A stretch of 63,927 bases of DNA, the filler included, from Pseudomonadota bacterium (lineage in GTDB: Bacteria; Desulfobacterota; Desulfobacteria; Desulfobacterales; JBDRRP01), in the NCBI GenBank assembly GCA_043825735.1. It is 7 parts of 7 records of this genome, joined end to end, with 100 filler letters (N's around TTAATTAATTAA, not from the genome) between each part and the next. Parts side by side here need not be neighbours in the genome. Positions count along the whole stretch, not along the records: positions 47,646 to 57,419 come from JBDRRP010000021.1; positions 57,520 to 60,460 come from JBDRRP010000024.1; positions 60,561 to 63,927 come from JBDRRP010000035.1; 4 more parts are not named here. One strand, given 5' to 3'. The position numbers and the translations under genes are program-made. The notes beneath the pieces were generated by a model. That model did not search any database, was not told where the DNA came from, and was given only the letters and a program-made list of their open reading frames with translations. Of the stretch, positions 52,154-61,732 are shown in pieces. The number at the start of each line of letters is the position of its first letter. Positions within the stretch are counted from its first letter, which is position 1.

Positions 52154-55100
52154 CTAACCTTCATTCTCCTGGGCCAGGCGCGCCAAGGCCTGCTTGTATT
52201 CCTTGGGCATCACCTTGACGAATTTTGTAAGTGCATTTTCCCAATCGTCCAGCAGCCGGCCGGCTTTGGCACTTTGCGTGTATTGCAGGTGTGTTGCCAC
52301 CATCCGGCGCAGTTGCTGCCGGTCTTGTTGGTCGATTACCGGGTCCAGGTTTATCATTTCCAGGTTGCAGCGCTCGCGGGCGAAGGTGCCGTCCGGGTCA
52401 TACACATAGGCGATGCCGCCGCTCATGCCGGCACCAAAATTTCTGCCGGTCGAGCCCAGTACGACGACCCGGCCGCCGGTCATGTATTCGCAGCCGTGAT
52501 CGCCGATGCCTTCCACGACGGCCTTTACACCGCTGTTGCGCACGCAGAAACGTTCGCCGGCCATGCCGCTGATGTAGGCTGTACCGCTGGTGGCGCCGTA
52601 AAAGGCCACATTGCCGATGATGATGTTATCCTCGGGCTTAAAGCGCGATCCATCCGGTGGTCGAACCGATAACTTGGCGCCTGACAGGCCCTTGCCGAAA
52701 TAATCGTTGGCTTCGCCTTTAAGATGCACGGTCAATCCCGGTGCGCCGAAAGCACAGAAGCTCTGGCCGGCCGACCCGTTACATTGCAGCCTGATGGTAT
52801 CTGCGGGCAAGCCTTGGGCCCCGAAGCGTTGGAAGATTTCGCTGCTCAGCAATGTGCCTAAGGTTCGCTGGGTGTTGCGGATGTCAAGTTCGATGGAAAC
52901 CGGTTTTTTGTGGGCCAATGCCGGCTGTGCCCGTTGAATCAGGTCGCGGTCCAGCACGTTGCCGATACCGGTATCGGCCGGTGCGCTGCAAAAGGCGGCA
53001 AGGGCCGGCGGCGGGTCGGGTTTATGCAAAATTTTTGAAAAATCGAGGCCGCGTGCCCGCCAGTGTTTTACAGCCGGTACAAAGTCGAGGCAGTCGCTGC
53101 GGCCGGTCATCTCCTTAATGGTCCGAAAACCGAGTCCTGCCATGATTTCACGCAGGTCTTCGGCCACAAAGCGCATGAAGTTGATCACGTGCTCGGGCCT
53201 GCCGGCAAATTTTTTGCGCAGCTCCGGGTCCTGGGTAGCGATGCCCACCGGGCAGGTGTTCAAATGGCACACCCGCATCATCACGCATCCTAAGGCCACC
53301 AGGGCCACCGTGCCGAATCCGAATTCTTCGGCGCCCAGCAGGCATGCCAGGGCCGTGTCCCGGGCGGTTTTCAGCTGGCCGTCGCATTCTATCTTGATTT
53401 TGTGCCGCAAGCCGTTTAGCACCAGGGTTTGATGGGTTTCAGCGACGCCCAGCTCCCAGGGCAGGCCGCCGTACTTGATGGATGTCAGCGGCGAAGCGCC
53501 GGTGCCGCCAGAAGAACCGCTGATCAGCACCACATCGGCCTTGGCCTTGACCACGCCGGCCGCAACGGTCCCTACGCCGACTTCGGAAACGAGTTTGACA
53601 CTGATCCGCGCCCGGGGGTTGGCATTTTTCAGATCAAAAATCAACTGGGACAGATCTTCAATGGAGTAGATATCGTGGTGCGGCGGCGGCGAGATCAGGC
53701 CCACATACGGCGTGGCATGGCGCGTTCGGGCGATCCAGGGGTAGACTTTGAAGCCGGGCAGCTGGCCGCCTTCGCCGGGTTTGGCGCCCTGGGCCATCTT
53801 GATTTGCAGTTCGCTGGCGTTGACCAGGTAGTGGCCGGTGACACCGAAGCGTCCCGAGGCCACCTGCTTGATGGCGCTGTTGCGCCAGTCGCCATTGGCC
53901 TCCGGCAGATAGCGGTCGGCATCTTCGCCCCCTTCGCCGGAATTGCTCTTGCCGCCGATGCGGTTCATGGCGATGGCCAGGGTTTCGTGGGTTTCTTTGC
54001 TGATGGAGCCATAGGACATGGCGCCGGTTTTAAAGCGCTTGACGATTTCCGTCCACGGCTCGACTTCTTCAACCGGTACGGGCGGCCCGGCGGGCTTGAG
54101 CGCTAACAGGCCGCGAATCAGTCCGCCCTTGCGGTTTTGGGTGTTGACCAGCTCGGAAAACTCGTTCCAGACGCCGCGGTCACCGGTGCGCACAGCTTGC
54201 TGGAGCTTGGCGATGGACAGGGGATGGTACTGGTGATGTTCGCCGTTGCGACGCCACTGGTATTTGCCCCCGGTTTCAAGCTGCCGGTCAGACAAAACGG
54301 CCGCGGCCGGATAGGCCCGGAGGTGGTGCCGGGCGGTGTCGGCGGCGATGCGTGCAAGGTCGGCGCCGCCGATACGCGACGGGGTTCCTGAAAAAAAGTC
54401 GTCAATCACGGTTGTGTCCAGACCGATGGCTTCGAAGATCTGGGCGCCCCGGTAGCTTTGCAGGGTGGAGATCCCCATTTTGCTCAGCACCTTGAGGATT
54501 CCTTTGCCGGCGGCCTTGATGAAATGGTCAACGCCCGCATCCTCATCGACACCTTTGATCTGGCCGTTGCACACCATTTCACGGATCGTTGCCAAAGCCA
54601 TGTATGGGTTGACCGCACCGGCGCCGTAGCCGATCAGACAACAGAAATGATGCACCTCGCGGGCTTCGCCGGTTTCCGCCACAATCCCGCAGCGGGTACG
54701 TTGAGCCTTGCGGATCAGATGATGATGCACCCCGGAGACAGCCAGCAGACAAGGGATGGCGGCATGCTTTATATCCATGGCCCGATCCGAGATAATCAGG
54801 ATGGCGCAACCGTCGTCCACCGCCTGGGAAGCACGCCGGCAGAGATCCTCCATAGCAGCTTTCAGGCCCTCGGCACCTTGATCCAATGGATAGACGGCTG
54901 CGAGCGTGGTCGCTTTAAGGCCGGCGGCATTGTTTCGGCGGATGGCTTCCAGCTCGGTATCGGTTAGAATCGGCTGTTCCAGGCGCAGCTGGCGGCAGTG
55001 CCGGGGAGATTCCTCGAACAAATCCCCTTCGGCGCCGATGGTTGTCACCAACGAGGTGACCAGTTCTTCGCGGATGGCGTCCAGAGGGGGATTGGTTACT

Positions 55101-56707
55101 TGAGCGAACAGTTGCCGGAAGTAGTCGAACAAGGGGCGGGGCTGTTCGGAAAGCACCGCCAGCGAGGTGTCGTCGCCCATGGAACCGGTCGGCTCCTCTC
55201 CGCCTTGGGCCATGGGGCTGATAATTAATTTTAAATCTTCCAAGGTATAGCCCAGGGCCTGCTGCAGCTGAAACAGCATTTCACCTCGGGGTGCCGGCAG
55301 AGGCTCGGCCGCCGGAAGGCCGGCCAGGCGCACCAGATTTTCTGTGAGCCATGCCCGGTAAGGCTGCCGCCGGGCCAGACCGTCTTTGATCTCGTCATCT
55401 TCGATGATGCGTGCCTGCTCCAGGTCGATCAGAAACATGCGCCCGGGCTGCAGGCGGCCCTTACAGCGGACCTGATCGGCGGGAACATCTATCACCCCTG
55501 TTTCCGAGCCCATGATGATCCGGCCGTCGGTGGTTAAAGTGTAGCGCGAGGGCCTCAACCCGTTGCGGTCGAGCACCGCGCCGACCTGGATGCCGTCGGT
55601 AAAGACGATGGAAGCCGGTCCGTCCCAGGGCTCCATCATACAGGCGTGGTATTCGTAAAAGGCCTTGCGCGCGTCATCCATGGTGCGGTGGGCCTGCCAG
55701 GCTTCGGGAATCAGCATCATGATGCAGTGTGGCAGCGGTCGGCCGGTATAATAAAGCAATTCCAAAGCGTTGTCCAGAACAGCCGAATCGCTGGCACCCG
55801 GTGTGGCGATGGGCAGCAGTTTGGCCATATCGTCGCCGAACAGGCTGGAACGAAACATCTGCTGACGGGCGTTCATCCAGTTGACATTGCCCCGCAAGGT
55901 GTTGATTTCGCCGTTGTGACAAAGAAACCGGAAGGGATGGGCCAGATCCCAGGTGGGAAAGGTATTGGTGCTGTAACGCTGGTGGACCAGCGCCAGGGCG
56001 CTTTTCATGGCCGGGTGGCTCAAGTCTGCAAAATATGGTTCGATTTGGTCGGCCAGCAGCATGCCCTTGTAGACCAGCGTGCGGCTGGACAGGCTGGGGA
56101 TATGAAAACGGCCTCGTTGGGCAAGTCCGGATACGCGTGCATGGCGTTCCATGACTTTGCGGATAACATAAAGTTTGCGCTCAAAGTGCGGGCGGTCTTT
56201 GATGGCGGCACCGCGGCCGACAAATATTTGGTAGATGGCCGGTTCTGCCGCACGGGAGAGGCCGCCCAGAACTTCGGGCCGCACCGGTACCCGGCGCCAG
56301 CCGAGCAGGGTCTGGCCCTCTGCTTTGACAACCGCCGCGCACATCTCCATCAGCGTTTGGCATTGGTCCGCATCCCGGGGTAAAAAAACGGCACCGCAGG
56401 CATAGTCTCCTTCTTGAGGCAAGCGGAAACCTTCATTTTGACACGCCTCGGTTAGAAAGGCGTGGGGCATTTGAATGAGTATGCCGGCCCCGTCGCCGGT
56501 GGATGCATCGCAGCCGTAAGCGCCGCGATGCATGAGGTTGACCAGAATCTGCAAGCCGTTTTGGATGATCTGATGGGACCGGTTGCCGTTAAGGTTGCAG
56601 ACCATGCCCACACCGCAGGCATCGTGTTCAAAAACGGGGTCATAAAGCCCTTGGGCGGTCGGCAGGTCGAGATCTTTGCCGGATTTAAATCTTTTGTGAA
56701 ATACCAT
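52154..56707 (-). CDS. gltB: Glutamate synthase large subunit
   Basis: HDACGVG, HNGEINT, EPWDGPA, QGAKPGEGG, CHLNTCPVG; start taken at MVFH. Confidence 0.97.
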   Translation of the reverse strand: MVFHKRFKSGKDLDLPTAQGLYDPVFEHDACGVGMVCNLNGNRSHQIIQNGLQILVNLMHRGAYGCDASTGDGAGILIQMPHAFLTEACQNEGFRLPQEGDYACGAVFLPRDADQCQTLMEMCAAVVKAEGQTLLGWRRVPVRPEVLGGLSRAAEPAIYQIFVGRGAAIKDRPHFERKLYVIRKVMERHARVSGLAQRGRFHIPSLSSRTLVYKGMLLADQIEPYFADLSHPAMKSALALVHQRYSTNTFPTWDLAHPFRFLCHNGEINTLRGNVNWMNARQQMFRSSLFGDDMAKLLPIATPGASDSAVLDNALELLYYTGRPLPHCIMMLIPEAWQAHRTMDDARKAFYEYHACMMEPWDGPASIVFTDGIQVGAVLDRNGLRPSRYTLTTDGRIIMGSETGVIDVPADQVRCKGRLQPGRMFLIDLEQARIIEDDEIKDGLARRQPYRAWLTENLVRLAGLPAAEPLPAPRGEMLFQLQQALGYTLEDLKLIISPMAQGGEEPTGSMGDDTSLAVLSEQPRPLFDYFRQLFAQVTNPPLDAIREELVTSLVTTIGAEGDLFEESPRHCRQLRLEQPILTDTELEAIRRNNAAGLKATTLAAVYPLDQGAEGLKAAMEDLCRRASQAVDDGCAILIISDRAMDIKHAAIPCLLAVSGVHHHLIRKAQRTRCGIVAETGEAREVHHFCCLIGYGAGAVNPYMALATIREMVCNGQIKGVDEDAGVDHFIKAAGKGILKVLSKMGISTLQSYRGAQIFEAIGLDTTVIDDFFSGTPSRIGGADLARIAADTARHHLRAYPAAAVLSDRQLETGGKYQWRRNGEHHQYHPLSIAKLQQAVRTGDRGVWNEFSELVNTQNRKGGLIRGLLALKPAGPPVPVEEVEPWTEIVKRFKTGAMSYGSISKETHETLAIAMNRIGGKSNSGEGGEDADRYLPEANGDWRNSAIKQVASGRFGVTGHYLVNASELQIKMAQGAKPGEGGQLPGFKVYPWIARTRHATPYVGLISPPPHHDIYSIEDLSQLIFDLKNANPRARISVKLVSEVGVGTVAAGVVKAKADVVLISGSSGGTGASPLTSIKYGGLPWELGVAETHQTLVLNGLRHKIKIECDGQLKTARDTALACLLGAEEFGFGTVALVALGCVMMRVCHLNTCPVGIATQDPELRKKFAGRPEHVINFMRFVAEDLREIMAGLGFRTIKEMTGRSDCLDFVPAVKHWRARGLDFSKILHKPDPPPALAAFCSAPADTGIGNVLDRDLIQRAQPALAHKKPVSIELDIRNTQRTLGTLLSSEIFQRFGAQGLPADTIRLQCNGSAGQSFCAFGAPGLTVHLKGEANDYFGKGLSGAKLSVRPPDGSRFKPEDNIIIGNVAFYGATSGTAYISGMAGERFCVRNSGVKAVVEGIGDHGCEYMTGGRVVVLGSTGRNFGAGMSGGIAYVYDPDGTFARERCNLEMINLDPVIDQQDRQQLRRMVATHLQYTQSAKAGRLLDDWENALTKFVKVMPKEYKQALARLAQENEG

Positions 56708-57057
56708 GGATGATTTCCTGGCCGAATGTAACCTTAACCCAAATTGAGCGATTTTCAAGTTTGCCGCAGATAAGCAAGTTGAGCGCAGCGAAATCCCGCC
56801 CTGCGGGAGAAAATGTCGTTCCGCTATAGTCGGCTATGCGGGACGGCATTTGACGCTGTAGATGCGGTGAAATCGGAAATCCCGACTTGTTGGGTCGTCT
56901 TGTCCGGCGTAGCTCGAAGAGCGAAGTCTGAAGCTGAAAGCGAAGCCCAAAGGGTTTAAAATTTTGGAAATTCAAATCAACAGAATTCCTTAAAAATATT
57001 ATTAAATTTAATCATTTCTAAAATTTAAAACGATCAGCTTGGGCTTAATATAACGGT

Positions 57058-57074
57058 ATCAAGAGCGATGCCAA
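57058..57074 (-). promoter_or_regulatory. Possible sigma54 promoter upstream of gltB
   Basis: TTGGCAT-CGCTC-TTGAT; the -12 box deviates from consensus. Confidence 0.4.
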
Positions 57075-57707
57075 GAACCGGGGATGATAAGAATTCGTTA
57101 TTAAAGTTTTCTGCGCTCCAATCCCGCCGTGGCGGGACAGGGATTGCGCTCACTGTCGCAGTTCAAATTATCTTGGATGCCGCTGATATTTTTTATAATT
57201 ATAGCAGATTTCTGTAATGACGTAAACAATGGTGAATCAAGTGTCGCTATCCCCCGTATCCCGTGGGGAAAAAGTGCGTGCAACCGGCATCGGCACCGGC
57301 GATCCGTCCTATATAGGATATTAAGTTTCTATGAGTTATGCCGATAATATAATTGGTAATGATTTGTTTAGCCCTGAAAAACCGGACCCTTCCCCGTGTG
57401 GCGGGATCTTCGATGGGCCNNNNNNNNNNNNNNNNNNNNNNNNNNNNNNNNNNNNNNNNNNNNTTAATTAATTAANNNNNNNNNNNNNNNNNNNNNNNNN
57501 NNNNNNNNNNNNNNNNNNNGACCAACACCCGACCCTCGGATCTGATAAAGTCGAGGCGCTCCAGTGTGCTGGAACAAATCCGTCATTTGGTTGAGACTGA
57601 GCCAAACGGTTTCCGCTTCGAGCCTCACATCAAGTGCGGTACGGCCGTCATCAGTGAGGAGAAACGATCACCTTGACTTTGTGTCGCCTGAATGTCAAAT
57701 TGTGGTC

Positions 57708-57805
57708 ATGGAAGCACAGGGAATCCATGTGACCAAATTGCCGGAACTGAAAGCGCCCCTTTTGATCGCGGGGTTTGACGGCTGGGGAAATGCGCTGGGT
57801 ATCTG
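57708..57805 (+). pseudogene. PAC2-family gene 5' fragment ending at the intron
   Basis: MEAQGIHVTKLPELKAPLLIAGFDGWGNALGI, followed by intron sequence. Confidence 0.7.
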
Positions 57806-59786
57806 GTAGAGTAGAGGGCAGACCAATCGCCTCGATCTCATAACATTTCGTCGCACGCGACTACTTTGAAATGCAGGATCGGTGGCGAGCGATCAGCCCT
57901 CCCTCATCAAGCCGTGCATGCGATTTTCCCGCACACGGCTTTCCGATGTTCTTCCCCGCAAGGCATGCGCCTTCGTCCAGCCTGCTGTCGCCGGCACTTT
58001 GAACAACCCGTAGCGCCCGCACAAATCGCGCCGCGGAAAACGTATATACCCGCTTTTACGATCCCTGATTTTGTGCCGCTTCTGAAGGTGAATCTGCAGC
58101 CGCTGCTCCAAGTGTGTTCGCACGTGGCACATCATTTTACTGCAATTGCGGAAGTGAAAGTATTCCACCCACCCCCGAACGACACTGTTGACCTCTTTGA
58201 TGAGCAGATCCAAGGCAACCAGCGTTCTTGATCGGCCCGTCATCCCAGTGATTCTACGCTTGATTGCCTTAACGGATGCCTTGGAGGGCTGAACCTGGGT
58301 ATAGGTCTTGCCGCTCTTGCGACTCTTCCATAACCCAATCTCGAAGCCGAGGAAGCTGAACATCTCTCGGCGGGCGTTGACCACTTGGGTCTTGGGTCTC
58401 ATTCAGTCGAAGGTCCATCCTTCCAAGCATATCCTGCAAAGCCGCCATCGGCCGTTTGGTGCCCTGGCGACAGAGGATAACGATATCATCCGCGTAACGG
58501 ACAATGCGCGCCCCTAATTGCTGCTGCAACTGCCGCCGCTGCCATATCCGATCGATAAGATGCAGGTAGATATTGGATAGCAGCGGAGATATCACTCCGC
58601 CCTGCGGCGTGCCCTGACGGTTGCCTTTGCCGCCTCCGATATGACGCTTCGTCCCGTCCTCATCCTGTTCCATAACCGGCGCCTTGAGCCACATCCGTAT
58701 CAGGCGAAGCATGCTGCCATCGCTGATCCGCTCGGCCACCAGGACCATGAGTTTAGCGTGGGGGATCGTGTCGAAGTACTTCGTCAGGTCGGCGTCAATG
58801 ACCTCGCGGTAACCCTTGTTCGGGTATGCGCAACGTCATCGACGGCATCGTGGGCTGACCTTCGGGGCCTGAATCCATAGGATGTGTCGCAGAAGTCTGC
58901 TTCAAAGATCGGCTCGATGACCAACTTGGCCGCCACCTGAGCTACCCTGTCCCGGATGGTCGGAATACCCAATGCCCGAAATGTACCGTTGCCCTTGGGA
59001 ATCATGACCCGTTTCACCGGGGCTGGTTGATACGTCTTGTTCTTGAGTGCCTCGGCCAGTTCCGCCAGAAAGGCGGATACCCCTTCGGCTGCCTCGATGC
59101 CCCCAAAGGTAACCCCGTCTATGCCGGCGGCGCCTTTGTTGGCCCGTACAAGGTGGTAGGCATGATTGAGGATGTCTGCCCGATATACCTTGTCATACAA
59201 GGCGTAGAAGCGGCAGGCCAGTTCTTGCTTGGCCTTGTGATAGAGCTTCCTCTGAAGTGTCCTGATGCGCTCCGGGGTTTTTAGCATCTCTGCAATCCCC
59301 TCATCCTCCACTCTTCGGTCGCACGAACAAAGCAGGGTCCCTTCCCTCGGGACGGGTTGTGTTGTCCCGATCCCTCAAGCGGTACTATGAACCCCTCCGA
59401 CTCCCGATATGGCCCGCCGCGATTTCGGTCTCCCTTATACGCGCCGGTTGATGCTCCTCGTGCATCACCGCACCGGGTCTCCAGCACTGGACTGCTCATC
59501 TGCCAACACATGCCGCCCCTGCTACCCCGGAAGATTCTACAGGCCGCTTCCGTTTCCTAAGCCTGCAAACAACGGCCTTCCCCATACGTCCACTGGGTCG
59601 GCATCTCCGGCATTATTAACGAGGCTACATACAGGTTCACTTGCGTTACGGCCTGCGCCTTTGCCAATTGGGAACTTACGACCCTCTGTTGCCAGAACGC
59701 CGCTCCCTTGAACTACCGGGGCGTACGGACAACTCCCCGGACGGGACTTTAACCCGCAAGATAAACAGTTGTTACTGCGAACGGAC
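57806..59786 (-). mobile_element. Group II intron (about 1.98 kb), decayed
   Basis: Domain V GAAAGCCGTGTGCGGGAAAATCGCATGCACGGCTTGATGAG; 3' end CTCTACTCTAC; putative 5' end GTCCGTTCGCAGT (less certain). Confidence 0.85.
57893..59287 (-). pseudogene. ltrA: Group II intron reverse transcriptase/maturase with two frameshifts and no endonuclease domain
   Basis: [37 protein letters not shown]; -1 near 58822 and +1 at 58394-58396. Confidence 0.9.
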
Positions 59787-59851
59787 GTCCATAAATAAAT
59801 AACTCTCATTTCAGCATGACTTATTTACTGGTGCTCTTATTTATTGACGTC

Positions 59852-60386
59852 CCGGAAGATTCGCGGAAAAACTGGGCGCGGCTGATCCAAAAAATATATG
59901 AAGTCGATCCGCTTACATGCCCAAAGTGTCAGGGTTCAATGCGGGTAATTGCCTTCATAGAAAATGAGGATGTGATCCGAAAGATCCTCAAGCATCTTGG
60001 ATTGTGGGAGGTAAAGAGGAAGCCCAGACCAAGGGCTAACGCCCCGCCCATAATACCGGATTTATATCCCATCCCCTCAGTGGATGACTACCTGATCCGC
60101 CTTCGGCGGACTACCCGGTCGAAGCCTACTTGTAAGCAGCCAACCCGTCGAGATCAGATGGTGAGTTTTGTCCAAAGCTTGTCCTAGCGAAAGCGGGGAT
60201 ACCCATAATTTTCTAAGGTTGGGTAAAAATTGGTAAGAAATAGCGGTTGACAACTCGGCTCACCGTTGGTACATGAATTTCAATTGTCACCGCAAACGAT
60301 GGACTTCCATATGTTGCAGCCTTAATAAGTTCCATACACAATCATAAATTTTCGATAAACACGCTTTCAAAAGGCGAGTTCTTATC
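59852..60386 (+). mobile_element. IS91-like transposase C-terminal remnant and element end
   Basis: WARLIQKIYEVDPLTCPKCQGSMRVIAFIE...IRKILKHLGLW; putative end AAAGGCGAGTTCTTATC. Confidence 0.7.
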
Positions 60387-60395
60387 AAACAAATC

Positions 60396-60460
60396 AAAAG
60401 GATTTTCAGGAGGTTCAAGGCCGAAGGCATCGAGATGCCATTCCCGCACCGGACGGTCTA
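60396..60460 (+). pseudogene. MscS-family C-terminal fragment
   Basis: KRIFRRFKAEGIEMPFPHRTV with no upstream coding region. Confidence 0.55.
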
Positions 60461-60560
60461 NNNNNNNNNNNNNNNNNNNNNNNNNNNNNNNNNNNNNNNN
60501 NNNNTTAATTAATTAANNNNNNNNNNNNNNNNNNNNNNNNNNNNNNNNNNNNNNNNNNNN

Positions 60561-60630
60561 CCAAGGCCTCCAGAATTTTCGGGGCCAGGCGGTCTGCAAT
60601 ATGATCGAGCTGCTCGGTGGTTAGGTCCAT
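60561..60630 (-). CDS. Small phage-like protein, N-terminus only
   Basis: MDLTTEQLDHIADRLAPKILEAL downstream of the TTGACA promoter at 60745. Confidence 0.45.
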
Positions 60631-60770
60631 ATCATCCAGAAAAGAAGAGGGCCTTGTCTTGGTGGGGTGCCCGTTAGCCCAAGACAAGGCCCTATGCCGA
60701 AGTAGAAGGTGTTTTTAGCGTAGAGCAATGCGTGGCCCCTGTCAATCGAAAAATCACCAAAAGTGAGAAT

Positions 60771-60923
60771 TTAGGGCGCAGAACTGAGCAATATTGCTTT
60801 GATTTCGTGAAACTGCGGTGGGCGCTTATCTGGCGGCATATCAATCATTTTCATAAACCGCGCCATCATCTGATTTTTCTCGTCAATGCTTGCAATGGGC
60901 GGCATTATATCTTTGTCGGTCAT
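60771..60923 (-). CDS. 50-aa protein similar to the C-terminus of the adjacent repressor
   Basis: Own promoter (TTGACA-17-TACCCT) and GGAAAGG RBS; ungapped similarity to the last 34 aa of the repressor. Confidence 0.7.
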   Translation of the reverse strand: MTDKDIMPPIASIDEKNQMMARFMKMIDMPPDKRPPQFHEIKAILLSSAP

Positions 60924-61056
60924 GCGCAGGAACCCTTTCCGATAGTTAGCAGCAGATGAATAAAAAAAGCAGCAGAGTAAGGACATGAGGGTATTCGCAT
61001 TATGCGAAAATGTCAATTAAAATCTTACAAAAAGTGAGGTTTGATGACATAAAACA

Positions 61057-61081
61057 GGCCACGGCGCTCAGTACCGTGGCC
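61057..61081 (-). terminator. Terminator after the repressor gene
   Basis: GGCCACGG..CCGTGGCC stem followed by TGTTTT on the minus strand. Confidence 0.65.
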
Positions 61082-61086
61082 CGCCG

Positions 61087-61419
61087 TTACGAACCGAGGA
61101 TCAGCGTCCGGATCGCCTCATAGTAAGGTGGCTTTTTATCTGCCGGAGCTTCAACGATTTGCGTGAATTTGCGGAGAAGCGCCAGGTCGTCATCACTGTA
61201 TTCCTGGGTATTCATCAAAAAGGACTCAGGCACACCAAAGAATTTGGCTGCGAGTGTGATCTTTTCCAGCGTCATACCGCGCTCGCCGGACTCGATCTGC
61301 GAGACCATGCCGGTGCTGGTATAGCCGACCGCTTTCATCAGGTCGACTTGTGTGGTGTTCGTGATGTTCCTTAGCTGCTTAATTTTTTTGCCAAGAAGTG
61401 TCTTTGCGTCTTGTGTCAC
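61087..61419 (-). CDS. XRE-family HTH repressor
   Basis: LGKKIKQLR....TQ.DL..AVG.....VSQIESGER....KI...A..FGV; GTG start with GGAAAGGA RBS. Confidence 0.9.
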   Translation of the reverse strand: MTQDAKTLLGKKIKQLRNITNTTQVDLMKAVGYTSTGMVSQIESGERGMTLEKITLAAKFFGVPESFLMNTQEYSDDDLALLRKFTQIVEAPADKKPPYYEAIRTLILGS

Positions 61420-61732
61420 AGCGCTTCCTTTCCGAGCCTATAATCTCTCTGAAAGTGAAAAATGTTGACAGCCCGACCCTAACCGCTATATGTGTTCCGT
61501 CTATCGGGACCCAACGTAAATCGCCCATCAAATGCCCCGAATAACACCCGCGCAGTAATGATCCAAGCTCAAGAATGTTGGGATTTTTGTATCAGCATAA
61601 AAAAGATCACATATTTCAGGCCTGTTGTCAAGCTCAAAATCTCACTCAATGTAACTATTTTTGTTTATTTTTTGTTACTATCGTGTCGTTTTCGGGTTTT
61701 TCTATTTGCTCTTACTAAAATAAAGGATTCGC

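Larger units (their letters stand above)
60754..61654. promoter_or_regulatory. Four TCAC-N5-GTGA-type operators, each beside a TTGACA box
   Basis: 60754-60766 TCACcaaaaGTGA; 61025-61037 TTACaaaaaGTGA; 61446-61458 TCTCtgaaaGTGA; 61642-61654 TCACtcaatGTAA. Confidence 0.7.

Noticed and set aside
57893..59287. Reverse transcriptase as a DGR or retron
   Set aside because: It has YADD, a maturase region and intron domains V/VI. I saw no adenine-specific TR/VR pair; RCC1 and TPR repeats differ at all base types.
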